From: Epiperipatus broadwayi
Taxonomy: Eukaryota; Animalia; Onychophora
DNA: 64,000 nt
Direction: 5' to 3'
Assembly (NCBI GenBank): GCA_028023455.1
Contig: JAQFVV010000002.1
Span: forward strand, 10,602,001 to 10,666,000
Of this stretch, positions 49,373 through 62,000 are shown piece by piece (the stretch's first letter is position 1; every line of letters starts with the position of its first letter). A program made the translations under genes and the position numbers. The notes under the pieces were generated by a model. That model did no database searches. It was not told the DNA's origin and saw nothing but the letters and a program-made list of their open reading frames with translations.

Positions 49373-52043
49373 CTCTATTTGAACAATTAAAATTTCAAAA
49401 TAATTAATGCCATATTTAAATTTGGCTAATAATATAATTTACACTCTGAATGTCAAGAAATATTAGCAAATGAAAATTTATACAAATCAAAAACTGAAAA
49501 AATGGATAAATTCAATTTATTATTTATCATTTGCTGACATATAAGACTATTATTTATTCGTTGTTTTTGAGGGGAGTAGTTTAATTCTGTTTGATTTTGT
49601 ATATATATATATATTTGGCATTATATGGCAGTAAATTTATTAGTAAATACTATTGGAATTTAAAAAAATTTAATCTCTCTAGTTAATAGTTTTTTTAATG
49701 ATACAATTTTGCTATTTCTGCAGACACATTTGATATAAATTGTGAAGTCTGATAGTTTATTGAAACTGTATATCATGGCCAACTTTTTTTAAATTAAAAA
49801 ATATATAATAAATAGCTCAATAGGAAGCATTCCCAATTTCAAAATTATAAAATGGATTTTTTTTTTTTAATTTTTATTATAACTAATAAACAAGACATTT
49901 ATTTTATATAGCAGGATGTTTTTATAAACTATAATACCAATAAGCTAATGCACATGCGCTTTGTAGATGTCACTATATAAATGAATACTCCCACTTTTTT
50001 CAAACACAAGATAAAGTCTTTGGGAAAAGATAGAATGAATCCATCCATTTTTCGACCCAAACATATATGTATGGGCAAATCTTAAGTGTTTGAAAATGAG
50101 AGCGTGAAGTTGTTAATTGATCACTTTAAATTCATTCACGTAGTAAAAAAGTAATTTAAAGTGATCAATTAACAACTTCATGCTCTCAGTTTCAAACACT
50201 TAAGATTTGCCCATACATATATGTTTGGGTCGAAAAGATGGATGGATTCATTCTATCTTTTCCCAAAGACTTTATCTTGTGTTTGAAAAAGTGGCAGTAT
50301 TCATTTATATAGTGACATCTACAAAGTGCATATGCATTAGCTTATTGGTATTATATCTAATAAAGAAAAACCTATCAAAATTTATGTGGAAGCATGTGAA
50401 CTTATTAAAATGAATAAAATATAGTATATTTTTCAAAAATCAGAAGTATGCAAACCAAATCAAGAGAAACTGAATAAAATTTTCATCCCAGAACCATATT
50501 AATATGCAGCATGATTATATTTTTAGAATTTATATTAGGCTAAGAGGAGAGAACTAAATAAATATTATAATTCAGCCATCTCTGAAATGGCACAAGTTGT
50601 TACTATTATAAATTTGAATTGTTATAAGAAGCACTTCAGAATTATTTTCTTTATTGTACATCTGATAATAAAATGCAAATCATAAAAAGTAATAAAAAAA
50701 TTATCACAATAAATTTTTCTTAGTTCAAACTCAATGTTTTGTGTAACGAACAATCTTCAATCGGGAATGCTATTGCAAAAAATTTAGTACAATTAATAAA
50801 AAATGAAAATGATATTAAACGCAAATATTTTCTGGTTATAAAATATATGCACTATCTAATAGTAAATGCAAAATATATGTGCAATGTATAAAAGAAATGA
50901 TCGTATAGCCGCTCTGCAGAAGTAAAATGGCGTTTAAAAAAAGATTGGATTTACTGCATAAAAAAAAGAAAAGAAATAATAACCAATAAAAATATTCAAA
51001 TTATTCAATAACTAAAACGAAAAGATTAATAATAAAAGTAGAATATATTACAGACGAAATAACTCCTAACATATTATTTATGGGTTTGATGATGGAAATA
51101 GTCTACGATGCTACGTGATTAATTAATATTTACTGAAAATGGGATTTATTTATTTTTAAAAACAAAGTTGAATTAGAAATCTACTGTTAGTAAGACATTT
51201 TAGCTAAAACAGTAAAAGAAAATTGTATAAAATTAAACTTATAATTATTTTAAAAAGTTGTTTAATATCTTGACATTAAATTGTTTTTTGTTACATTTTC
51301 ATTTACCATTGTCAAACTTCCTCCACTCACAACTTTGACGTCATCCATTTCAGATAAATACAATAATGATTATTACTAATCAATTTCGAAACTAGAGATT
51401 ATCTCTAGCACAGATATAAACTTTAAATGCATCTTGGGGGTCATTTGTCTTTTATTATATCTTTGTTTAAGTGAATTTAAAAAGAATGGGAAAGTTTGGA
51501 GGTGTTTATTATATCTATAAATTGTTTTTATGTATTAACCGAAGAATTAAAAAAATACGTTTTTGCATTATTTAAATAAAAATAAAAAAATTCAATATGT
51601 TAAAAATGTGTTCAGTAGGTATGTGTATAGAGAAGATGCTGTAGCAACAAGGATATAATGAATACGGCTTTATTTTTTCAAAGTTGAAACTCCGAAATAG
51701 GAAGACTGAGAAAATCTAACAGCCAGTATATTTATCGCAATACTATTTTTTAGCCTCCATAATCTTTAAAATAGTATACCTTTTATTTTCTATTCTACAG
51801 CATTATCTTTGTCCATTGAGTCATACTCCAATGACACCTAATTTTTTGTCAGCAATTTTTGAATCAAGCTGTTAGGATGCGATGATCTTTTAAACACCGG
51901 CTGGTGCTGCTCTCTTCTGACCATTTGTATAATTAATTTTCAAAACGTAAAGTTTGAGATTGAAACAGAAATTAAAATGTTTAACTCTTATAAATTTCTT
52001 TTTAACTTTTGAGTAATACAAAAGACAAAAATATTTTTTAAAA
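49163..52043 (-). repeat. Right arm of the inverted duplication, with arm-specific insertions
   Basis: Reverse complement of 40905-43130, except for insertions at ~49891-50349 and ~51288-51528. Confidence 0.9.
49891..50353. mobile_element. Fold-back insertion with 15-bp TSD, present only in the right arm
   Basis: Arms 49932-50132 and 50153-50353 are near-perfect reverse complements. Flanking direct repeat attataactaataaa (49876-49890) / attatatctaataaa (50350-50364) is single-copy in the left arm (~42400-42415). Confidence 0.8.
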
Positions 52044-52899
52044 CAAAAATCAATTTGGCAATTAAAACAGTTATTAAGTTTGTTTCAGTACCAACAGTAG
52101 AATCTGTTATATTTTCAAAATTTATTAGACCATAATCATTTCATCAGAATAACGATACAAAATAAACAGGTAATAATTTGTTTTGTAATTCTACAAGTTC
52201 GTAGATCAGAATCCTTAAGAATGTGTTGAATGTGAAATTTCTGATTTTTCTACCTTTTTTTTTTTTTTAACCATAAAGCAAGTTTTTTTTTTTTTCAATA
52301 TCAGGCATATTCTTGGTAATGATTATATAATAATTATGATATATGGAAAATATTATGTAGATATTCATACTATAATTTTAGTAAAAAGATCTAACCACTT
52401 TCTGAATTCAATATGACTCCTGTTTTCCTAATTAGAGGCTTTGTTACTTCAGCATCTTATTTTAGTCATGCTTAATTCTATGAACTTATGATATTTTTTT
52501 TTTTATTGTCTTGTTAATTTGACATCTACACAATTTAATTTTATATATAACAAATAAGTACTTGCAAAGTTTTTAATCATTTATTGAATGTGTACCAGTA
52601 AATTTCAATATCTTAATCATGAGCTGTGTTTATCTTTTCTTGCAATAGCTTATTTTGTTTGATAATTCATTTTTAGAAAAATATTTTAATTTCTTAAGCA
52701 TTTTCAATCTTCATGGGTTATCAATGTAAAGATTTATTTATTTAGTGAAATATAATTGTTTTAAGAATGATATAGACAAATTTTAAAGTTAAATATTCTT
52801 GGATTATTGTAAGAAAGATGAATTTGAATATATAGCTGAGTTGTTGAGAATGATAAATAAAATATTAATGTAATAAAATTGTTTTTTGTTTGTTTTGTT

Positions 52900-54000
52900 T
52901 TAGAATTTGGACAACAGTTTAGTTATTATAATATATCTTCAATTTGTGGATTTAAATATAAATAGGATTTTTAAAATTCTAAGATTATCAACAATCTAGA
53001 GAAGTTGATAAATTTATTGTTGGAAATGTGAAAAAAAAAGGCATTATAGAACTCTGGACAATAAGATGAACTGATTGTGAAAAAAAAATTAGGGGCAGTG
53101 ATTTTACTAACATAGTAAGTATTGCTTAGATCAAAAAATAAAATAAAGTTTTGTAAATAGAATTTCTAGAAATAATAATTGCCAAAAGATGATAATTAAT
53201 GATTTTATAAAATAAAAGGCATGTATGAGGAAAATGAAAAAGTAATTGAGTAAAAATATGAAAATAGTTATATAATAATATGAGAAATGTTAAAGTAAGG
53301 AAATAATAAAATTGTATGAGATCATGGGTTTGTATTAAAAAATAAGAAATAAGAAGTTGATGAGATTTTTTAGAGAAAATATCATAGATATAATGAACTA
53401 TGAAAGAATATTTATTTTGGAAAGTTTCTAGTGGTGAGAGTAGATTTCATTAAAATTACATATTAATTCAAAGTGGGTTTAGGAATTGTATCAAGATACT
53501 ATGTGTATACCTTGAGGCTGATTATAATTTAATAGTGGTAAAATTTAGATTATTATTTAAGGTATAAAAATTAGATCCTGAAATAAACAATTGAAAATGC
53601 ATATTAAATGATAGAATTTATCAAAATCTAAACTAGAAGTTATTAAAACATATTTCCAATTGATTATGAAATAAGTAAAAAAGAAAAAAAATCACGAATT
53701 AACATAAATTGATAGAAAGAGCAGTTTTGATGTATGTAAAAGAATGTATAATAAGTTCAACAATAAATTGGGATATAAAACTAATAGACTCAAACAAGTA
53801 AGTCTAAAAGAAAAATATAGAGAGATAGATGTATTACAATAAAGAGATAAAATTGATTTAATATGTAGTAAAATAAATTTGTGGAGGAGAAAGCCAAATC
53901 ACAAAAATTACATAGCGATTAAAGAAAAAAATGGAGATTGTTAGTAAAAAATGATATTTTTAAAGAATATGTAAGTAGTTTGTATGATGGTTATAATAAC
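52900..54000 (+). mobile_element. Very old LINE APE-endonuclease relic
   Basis: Purine-rich strand with faint GDF-, LDYY- and YQNLN-like remnants in the expected order. No ORF. Confidence 0.25.
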
Positions 54001-55067
54001 TTTTTGTTACATTAATTGAAAAAAAAAACCTTTACTTGTTTATAATTATGAAATAGTCTGTTGTCTACTTAGCTTGTTTAAAACAGGGTAGCAGTGTGCA
54101 ATCTGATGCATGAGGTAGTTGGTGAAGAATTTCACATCTGATTTCAGAAAAGTTTTTATAATAATTATTCATACTATACTAATAATTATTGAAAAATAAT
54201 TTTAAATGTAAAAGAACAGTTTATTTAAAATAATTTGTCTACATTTTCCAATGCCATTATTTTAAGTAATTTAGAGCTACATAAATAAAAACTACATATT
54301 GCGTATTAGAAAAATAGAATGGTTTTTAAGCACATATTTTAGTTAATAGAAAAAGATAAAAGAAAAGAATAGGTTTTTAATTAAAAGTTTTTAAATGATA
54401 TATATAGATTTTTTAAAAAGAAATTGGTTTTGTTTAAGTTGTGATTGTAATAGGAAAGGGGAGTGAGATAAGGTAAAAAAAAAATTTGTTTATGAATATA
54501 TTTTGTAATTTTTAATTAATTTAATTTTTTTTTTTTTTTTGGAATATGTGATATATATTATTTTAGTGTGCCTTGAAAAAGACTATAAAAAATAGTTGAA
54601 ACGTTGGATTTCTTTTTCATGATTATAGTAATAAAAAATCAAGTTTTAAAAAGGAGTTAGTTTGTTTTATTTCTATATTAGATATATATGACTATTTTGA
54701 AAAGAAGAACTGTGTGCTGGATATATTAAATTATTTTATTTTATTTTAGTTATTGCTTTCAATTCACAGAACTTTGTTAACCAATCATTGAGTTATTTAC
54801 ATAAGAATATGGTACCACTTCCTTGAACTGAATTAATTCTTGTAACTGACTATTGTTTATGTTTATTTATAATGAATATCTTATATTTACATTTCAAATA
54901 TGAGTAAAAACCATGTTGATGACGTAAAATGTAATTCCACCATACAATCTTCTTCATTTAGCCTAAGACCCACATCTTTTTCAAACATCGTACAAGAACA
55001 TTTTGTATTTACTACATTACAAAATGGAAATTATTATTATATAAAGATTATAAATATATCTTAAATC

Positions 55068-56005
55068 TATAAACAAAGCAAAGCAAAACTCCATATAGTA
55101 GTGCCACCTGTGCTAAACAGAGTAATCAATGGATGCCAGAAGGCTTGTGCATAAAATCCCTATCTAATGCCTACTCATCCAATATCCCCAGACTAGTTTC
55201 TGGCTTGTGGTCTTTGTCAGTGAGGAGCTTTGGATCTGAGAGCACTGCATCTAGATCTTAGGATCTAATGCAACCCGCTAGCAACCACCTTTTATCTCTA
55301 CTTAACTACAAAACTATGAGCATGAAATTGAAAACACAAAAACTATTTTCAATCTAAGTTCAATAGCCTATATAGTCATATGGGTCTGAACTCAGTTCAG
55401 CACCCATACATTTTGGGGTCTTTGGCTCTTTAACAACCATAGCCACCATTACCCTATTAGGCACAATATTGTATGAGTAGGCATTAGATAGTAATTTTAT
55501 GCACAAGCCTTCTGTTATCCATTGATTACTCTGTTTAGCACAGGTGGCACTACTATATGGAGTTTTGCTTTGCTTATAAACAATTATGTGCTAGTATTGG
55601 AGATGTGATCATGTGACGCTTGCTGGTTTAACACCAATCCTGCCTAATAGGGTAGTGGTGGCTATGGTTGTTAAAGAGCCAAAGACCCCAAAATGTATGG
55701 ATGCTGAACTGAGTTCAGACCCATATGACTATATAGGCTATTGAGCTTAGATTGCAAATATTTTTTGTGTTTTCAATTTCATGCTCATAGTTTTGTAGTT
55801 AAGTAGAGATAAAAGGTGGTTGCCAGAGGGTTGCATTAGATCCTAAGATCTAGATGCAGTGCTCTCATTTTATGCACAAGCCTTCTGGTATCCATTGATT
55901 ACTCTGTTTAGCACAGGTGGCACTACTATATGGAGTTTTGCTTTGCTTTGTTTATAAACAATTATGTGCTAGTATTGGAGATGTGATCATGTGATGCTTG
56001 CTAAC
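55068..56005. mobile_element. Compound fold-back hammerhead element, family 1 (one long antisense arm plus two or three sense segments)
   Basis: Antisense 55068-55462; sense tail 55472-55632; sense upstream segment 55636-55867 joined directly to a second sense tail 55868-56005. Confidence 0.8.
55185..55226 (-). ncRNA. Hammerhead motif, family 1 (G8 mutated to A)
   Basis: Minus strand reads UCCUCA CUGACAA AGAC CACAA GCCA GAAA CUAGUC UGGGGA. Confidence 0.7.
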
Positions 56006-59000
56006 TTAAATCTACATCTAAATTTAAAAAAAGATAAAATGCCTATCTTAAGAATGAAATGGTTAATAATTCTTTATGCACTTTCCTATATAGTTTAGTG
56101 CTGAAATAGAGTGGTAGGTTTTGTACTTCAAATTGCTCAATTTTTAATGAACTCCTGAGCATAAGCCATTTGATTGTCATCATACAGGACATGTATTTAT
56201 TAAAAGATATTTGTTGTGAATAAGTATATTTTCAGAAAGATATTTATTGAAGGTCATAAATAGCCAATGTGATAAACTTTAGTTAATATGATAACATTTA
56301 AAAATATTTTTATTTAAAATTGCATGTTTCAGGTTGAACTAAAGAAACATACAAAGCCAAAATGCTGTACAATATATTTGTATCACAAATGTTTGTGTAC
56401 TTTGATTTAACATTTCTTTTATTTTTTCAGCTTGAATACATCAATATTATTTAAAGCAGCCATGGGCATATTGTATGTTACCATTCTCTGTCATATAATA
56501 AATATATTTGTGGTAGTTCCCATTTGATTCTACTAATAAAAAATTTCAGAATTGTCACTAAAGATTCCCATAATTATCACCCATTTCTCAAATCTTTTTT
56601 TGAGTTGTATTTAGATGCCAGATAGATAATTCTACACTTAAGAATATTCATATGGAAATTTTCAGTATCTAAAACATTACAAGTTGAGAAAAAGACTGAT
56701 TTTTAAAAAAAACTTTTGAAAAAAAAAATCAACATTTACTTTAAAATCTTAATCATGAGATGGAAATCTTTGAAATGTCTCATTTCCCCCCCAGCACTCT
56801 TAAAAAATATATCACTTGCAAAATATTCTACTAAAATTAACAACTTTTTTTAATATAAAAAAAAGATGGATAATATTACCAAATTTACATTAGAAGTGGT
56901 AATGTTAATATCAGATTACTTTTGTCTATTATCAATATTGACACAACTTCTCAGGTAACCTAATAAATTCATAGCGTAAAAACATTGTCACATGAGGGTG
57001 CAACTAGGCTACTTAATGAAATTAGAAAATTTATTTGAGGTGACCGAATATTCACTAATGATGATGAGCATTCTGACATAAAATAAATTACCTCCCCCTG
57101 GCATTATGAGATTCATAACTAATAAACAATTGATAGGCAAGCACAGCAAACAAATGTCCATCAAATTAATTTCATAAATATAATGATGATGTTTATTATA
57201 ATTAAAAGAAAATAAAGAAATATAAAGTTAAGTAATATTGCATCTATGGATGTTTTGAGAAAGTACTATATTATTGACAACTTTGGCAGTTAAATTGATT
57301 TCCCCAATTCAATTACTTCAAAGAATAAAATAATCTTTTAACAACATTTCATAATATAGGATGTATAATCTATATATGAATGACTTTTAATAAATGTATG
57401 CATTGATGATATAGACCCATATATATAACAATATAATACCACCTAATGATTATATGTAAAATAAGACGGGATATTCAAAATAAGAAAGGCATGAGACGCT
57501 AATTCTAAGCTTACCATGCAAAACAAGAAATCAATAATTCAACAATTGGTAGCCTAGTTTAAAGATGTATGAGCTTGACTGAAACATTGTGATCAGAGGT
57601 TCCAATGAATTTGCCAATATATGGTCTTAATAACTAATGAAGCAGGCATACTGATTATACCAAAGCCAGGCCATGTCAGAGTAAGACTGCAATGAAGTCA
57701 GTAGATGATCTGGATCACCAGATGAAATATAATATTGACCAGTTAGATATGTAGCTGTGAAGGGAAGAACTCTATAAAGTAACTGGTATTTGTATGGATG
57801 AGTTTTAAGTCTACACACACAAATAGATTAATACTTTTTATATAAAAGCATATTGTGTACAAGTATTAATGTGTTTTGATAAATCTAAAATCAAAGCACA
57901 CACATATAAAATAAATTGATTAACACTAATTAAAAGAAAACGTTCATTTTAAACATTATTACAATCTTCTTAAAAAAAATTTGCTGATGGATTAAATTTC
58001 CAACTTATTTTTTTAAAAGAAAACTTAGTTTTAAATATTCTAAGAGAGAAAAGGAGAGGGATCAAATAAGATCTCATTTAAAACTGTCAAACTTTTCAAC
58101 AAAAGAAGAAGAACTTTCAGAGTTATATATGTATCAACATAATAAATTTTAAATTAAAGAGTATTCTAAAAGAAATAGTAAAATATTTCCACATGACTTA
58201 GATATATACAATATTAAGAAGTAAATGCATAAAATAAAATAAAAATTACATTTAAATCTTATTATGGTTAATAAAAAATAATGTGCATATATAAATGGAA
58301 AATACTTATAACAATTGCTGGCTTATATTACTGCTAGGTCTTTCAAGGTTGTTAGCTTCCATAGTTATAGTTGTCTAGGTGATCAGTTGAGAATATTCTT
58401 TGTAGGTTGTCTTTAGGAAGTCAGGCTTCTAAAGATTTATGATTTCACATGTTGAATGATGAAAGTTTGACTTAAAACATTGTGTTCATTTTGGTGAAGT
58501 GCCTAGCCCAGCATATTTTGAAAAACACCACTAAGAAAAATTGGTCAATTCATATTACTACCGCAGTTTGCTTCTCAAAACCTGTTGGCAGAGTATGACT
58601 AATTTTGACAGAAGAGCTGGCAAGAAGTGTAGCTTTTCACATAGAATAAAGAGTCCCAGCATTTGGAATACAATCTTGATTAATAGTATTGAAACAGTCA
58701 GCTTTTCAACCCAACTGTTTCACCTACTATATATGTTATATAGTAGTATTCATACCTATATAGATACCACCAAATTCTCGTGTATTTATTAAAAATAATC
58801 TAAATAAATCCCACCTAAATTTTAATCTAACTAATACAATCATGTATGTGTGCGTATATGTTTATATTTACAGAAAGATTTATTTATATACTCATGAAGC
58901 CAAAATACACACATATATAGATTGTTAATAAATTGCTAAGTGAAAAGATAATTGCATGTGTAACTTTAGACTACATATATGCAGGAATATAAATATTAAT

Positions 59001-62000
59001 AGATTATAAAGCATTACGTTTTCTATAATTTTGGTATTTATTAAATTATATATTTTCAAAATTGTATAATTCTGCATATATCGGTAAATTAGAACGGTCA
59101 GGTTACATATATAATAAAATGTTTTTCCAAATCTTAGATTTGTTTTTCTGGACACACTGTCACCAGCATAATTAATTTTTACTGGTATAAGATTAATTAA
59201 AAATTTATATTTAGAATAAAACTTAGAAAACGGAATAAATTACAGCCTGTCAATGGGTTTTTTTGACCTATTTAATATTTGACACAGCAGACTTCCACAA
59301 TAACTGGTGATTATCGTACTTGCCAAGAAAACACTTCTAAGAAAATAAAATAATGAAGGACAGGGGGGGATACTGGTATAAAAGGAATAGCAGCGATCTT
59401 TCAAGACAGTTTTTCCAGAGCTTTTTGAATTGATATTTATAACAAGGTGAATAAACAGCATGTTGGCGTAAGTGGGCTCGAAATCTAGCTTTCTGCCCAA
59501 TGAACAGCCATCTAAGCCAGAAGAGCATGAGTTGACCACCACCAGAATCTAAAGATGTCACGCTATCCAAAGAACTTGCCAGAACAGAGAAAGATCAAGA
59601 TAAACAACGATAATTACTATTTCCAATCTAAAAACTTCAACTAATTCCAAATTTAAATGCTAGCTTAACCTTAAATTAATGGCCATTCTAATATTGTAAA
59701 GTAAACTTATGTATATTTTGTTTTATAATTTTAATCTAAAAAATTCGCATAAATTATAAATGTAATAAATGTATTTAAATCCTAAAGTCTTGCCTGATGA
59801 TAAAAAAACTAATCTAAAAACCTGATTTAAAATGTCTGATATGATATGATTTATATGATAAATTTAACTGATACAAATTAGCTGATTCAAAATGATTTAT
59901 CTGATATATATCAAAATGACAGATATAAACAAATTATTGAATGATTTAAATATTAAATGATTTAAAGTGTTTGAATTGATTTAAACTTCTCTATAAAGGA
60001 ATTATGATTTCTTATTTCAATATCTAAAGTACTCGCATTCACACACATCTTTATTAATATAATTGTATGATTTTGTGTTTTGGTTTATTCGTAAAATAAT
60101 GTTTGATTTAGTTAAGTATTAATTTGACTATAAGTAATTAGATGCTATCTATTTCAATTTGCTAAACGTAGAAATTAAATGTTTTATCAATTTAGTAACG
60201 TATAATATACAATAAGCTGTGTAAAGTAATAATGAAAAGTTCTATACGAATTTATTATTGTCTTAAGTTAATGATAATGTTTGCCATCATTAATCTTAGA
60301 GATAGCATTATGAAACTAAATCAATCATATTTTAGCGAACTGTGCACAACTTTCTTTTAAAATGAACAATTATCAAATTTCACTTATTTGAAATTTTATT
60401 ATGATTTAAAATGCATTTCTTAAGTTAATCTATGCCAAATTTATTATTATTTAGTTACGTTATCTTGTTTAGAACTTCAAAACCGAGCTTTATTCTTAAT
60501 TAAAATATTAGCGAGAATTAAATAAAGATTCTCTCGCATATATATGTAAGTGCGCATATATATAACACGTATAATTATATATGAAATAAAAAGCTCTGTT
60601 TTGGAAAAGATAAAATGTATTGAATTAAATATCATTACGAACATATTACTACTTTAAGATAGATTTGCTTTTTAAGTTAATATTTCAAACAAATATTTAG
60701 TTAAAGTGATGAAAATACAGCATAAATCTATAAGTTTATATTTTAATTCCCCATATGCTGTAATCCTCCTTAAGCTAGTTAAATCAAAGCCTATATAGAT
60801 AGCTTTGTAGATTGGATTCATAAATTCCCTTAATTAGTAATATTAAGAGTACTATAATATGAACTGATGTGGTTAGTTTCATGAAAGAAACTTTTACTTT
60901 AGTGTCATAATTTTTAAATATGATTATGTAGTTAGTGGTGCATATGTGTCCTTACGAAATGCTATGGTGTATTTTCTTGTTGCTGTGCTTCGTTAATGGT
61001 CACATGTCATCGTGCTGCACCATTACCTTTAGTTCGGGTAATTATCCTCCTCAGATGGTGCTTGGTACAGGCCAACCCATTCTGCTTAGTTTAAATGGAG
61101 CATGAGACTCCCATATTCTTATATAAATTGCTCGATCTGCTGGAATAAAATGGCCTCTTATACCACAGCAATGAGAATCGGTCACAGGGAACCATTACTC
61201 GGTAAAAATCCCATGAATAAGGCACATATGAGATGCAAATAAGACTCAGAATTATATATTTTTCTTCATGCACTAGTATCTGAAGCCTAACTTCCATTAA
61301 TCAATTCAAAACGCCATTTTAATAATTAATTTAGCATTGATCTGAACAGAATCCAATCTAAGTAGCATATTACTGTGTAGAGAATATATTAAAGTATTCA
61401 TGCTAGTTAAATTATGTTAAATTATGTTCTTTCAAAATTTAGTATCACTTCCGCTAATATGGCAAATCTAAGTTTCTTTATAGCATAAACCCGGCATAGA
61501 TAACCATGAGCAAAGTCAGATCATTCTAAATTAAAATTCCGCTCATGCAAAATATTACTGTATTATAATTTTATCACCTGCGAATGATAAAGATATATAT
61601 GTGTAGCCAAATAAGTAATTAGTTGTAACATACATAATATCACCTGCATGTGATATGAAGCTATATACATATATATCCAGAAAGGAAATGCAAAACCTCC
61701 AAATTTTATTAAGTATACTAGAAAGTTAAAATCACTTATATATGTAAACTAACTTATATATGTAAACCAAACTGCGTAAGTCTGTACATCCAAAATTGTT
61801 ACTGATAAAGCATCACTTATGTGTGAACCCCTTTGAATTGTAATATCCCTGAATCACCTGCATGTGAAATCAAACCTTTACTTACTTTATTATTGTTTTT
61901 AAATTGTTGTTTACATTGAATTTATTAAATTGAGTTTAAATTTACTTTAGTTTCTTGTCTTAGTCTTGCTCACTGACTCACTATTATTTAAACTTTAGCA

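Noticed and set aside
40905-52043. Interpreting the large inverted repeat as the TIRs of one giant Foldback/MULE/Polinton element
   Set aside because: No TSD found at the outer ends, and the arms include a pre-existing hAT insertion junction, which fits duplication of resident sequence better.
58541-59570. ORFs at 58541-58792, 59240-59542 and 59337-59570 as candidate next NWD exons or genes
   Set aside because: No recognisable motifs, and no phase-1 acceptor giving an NWD-like continuation.
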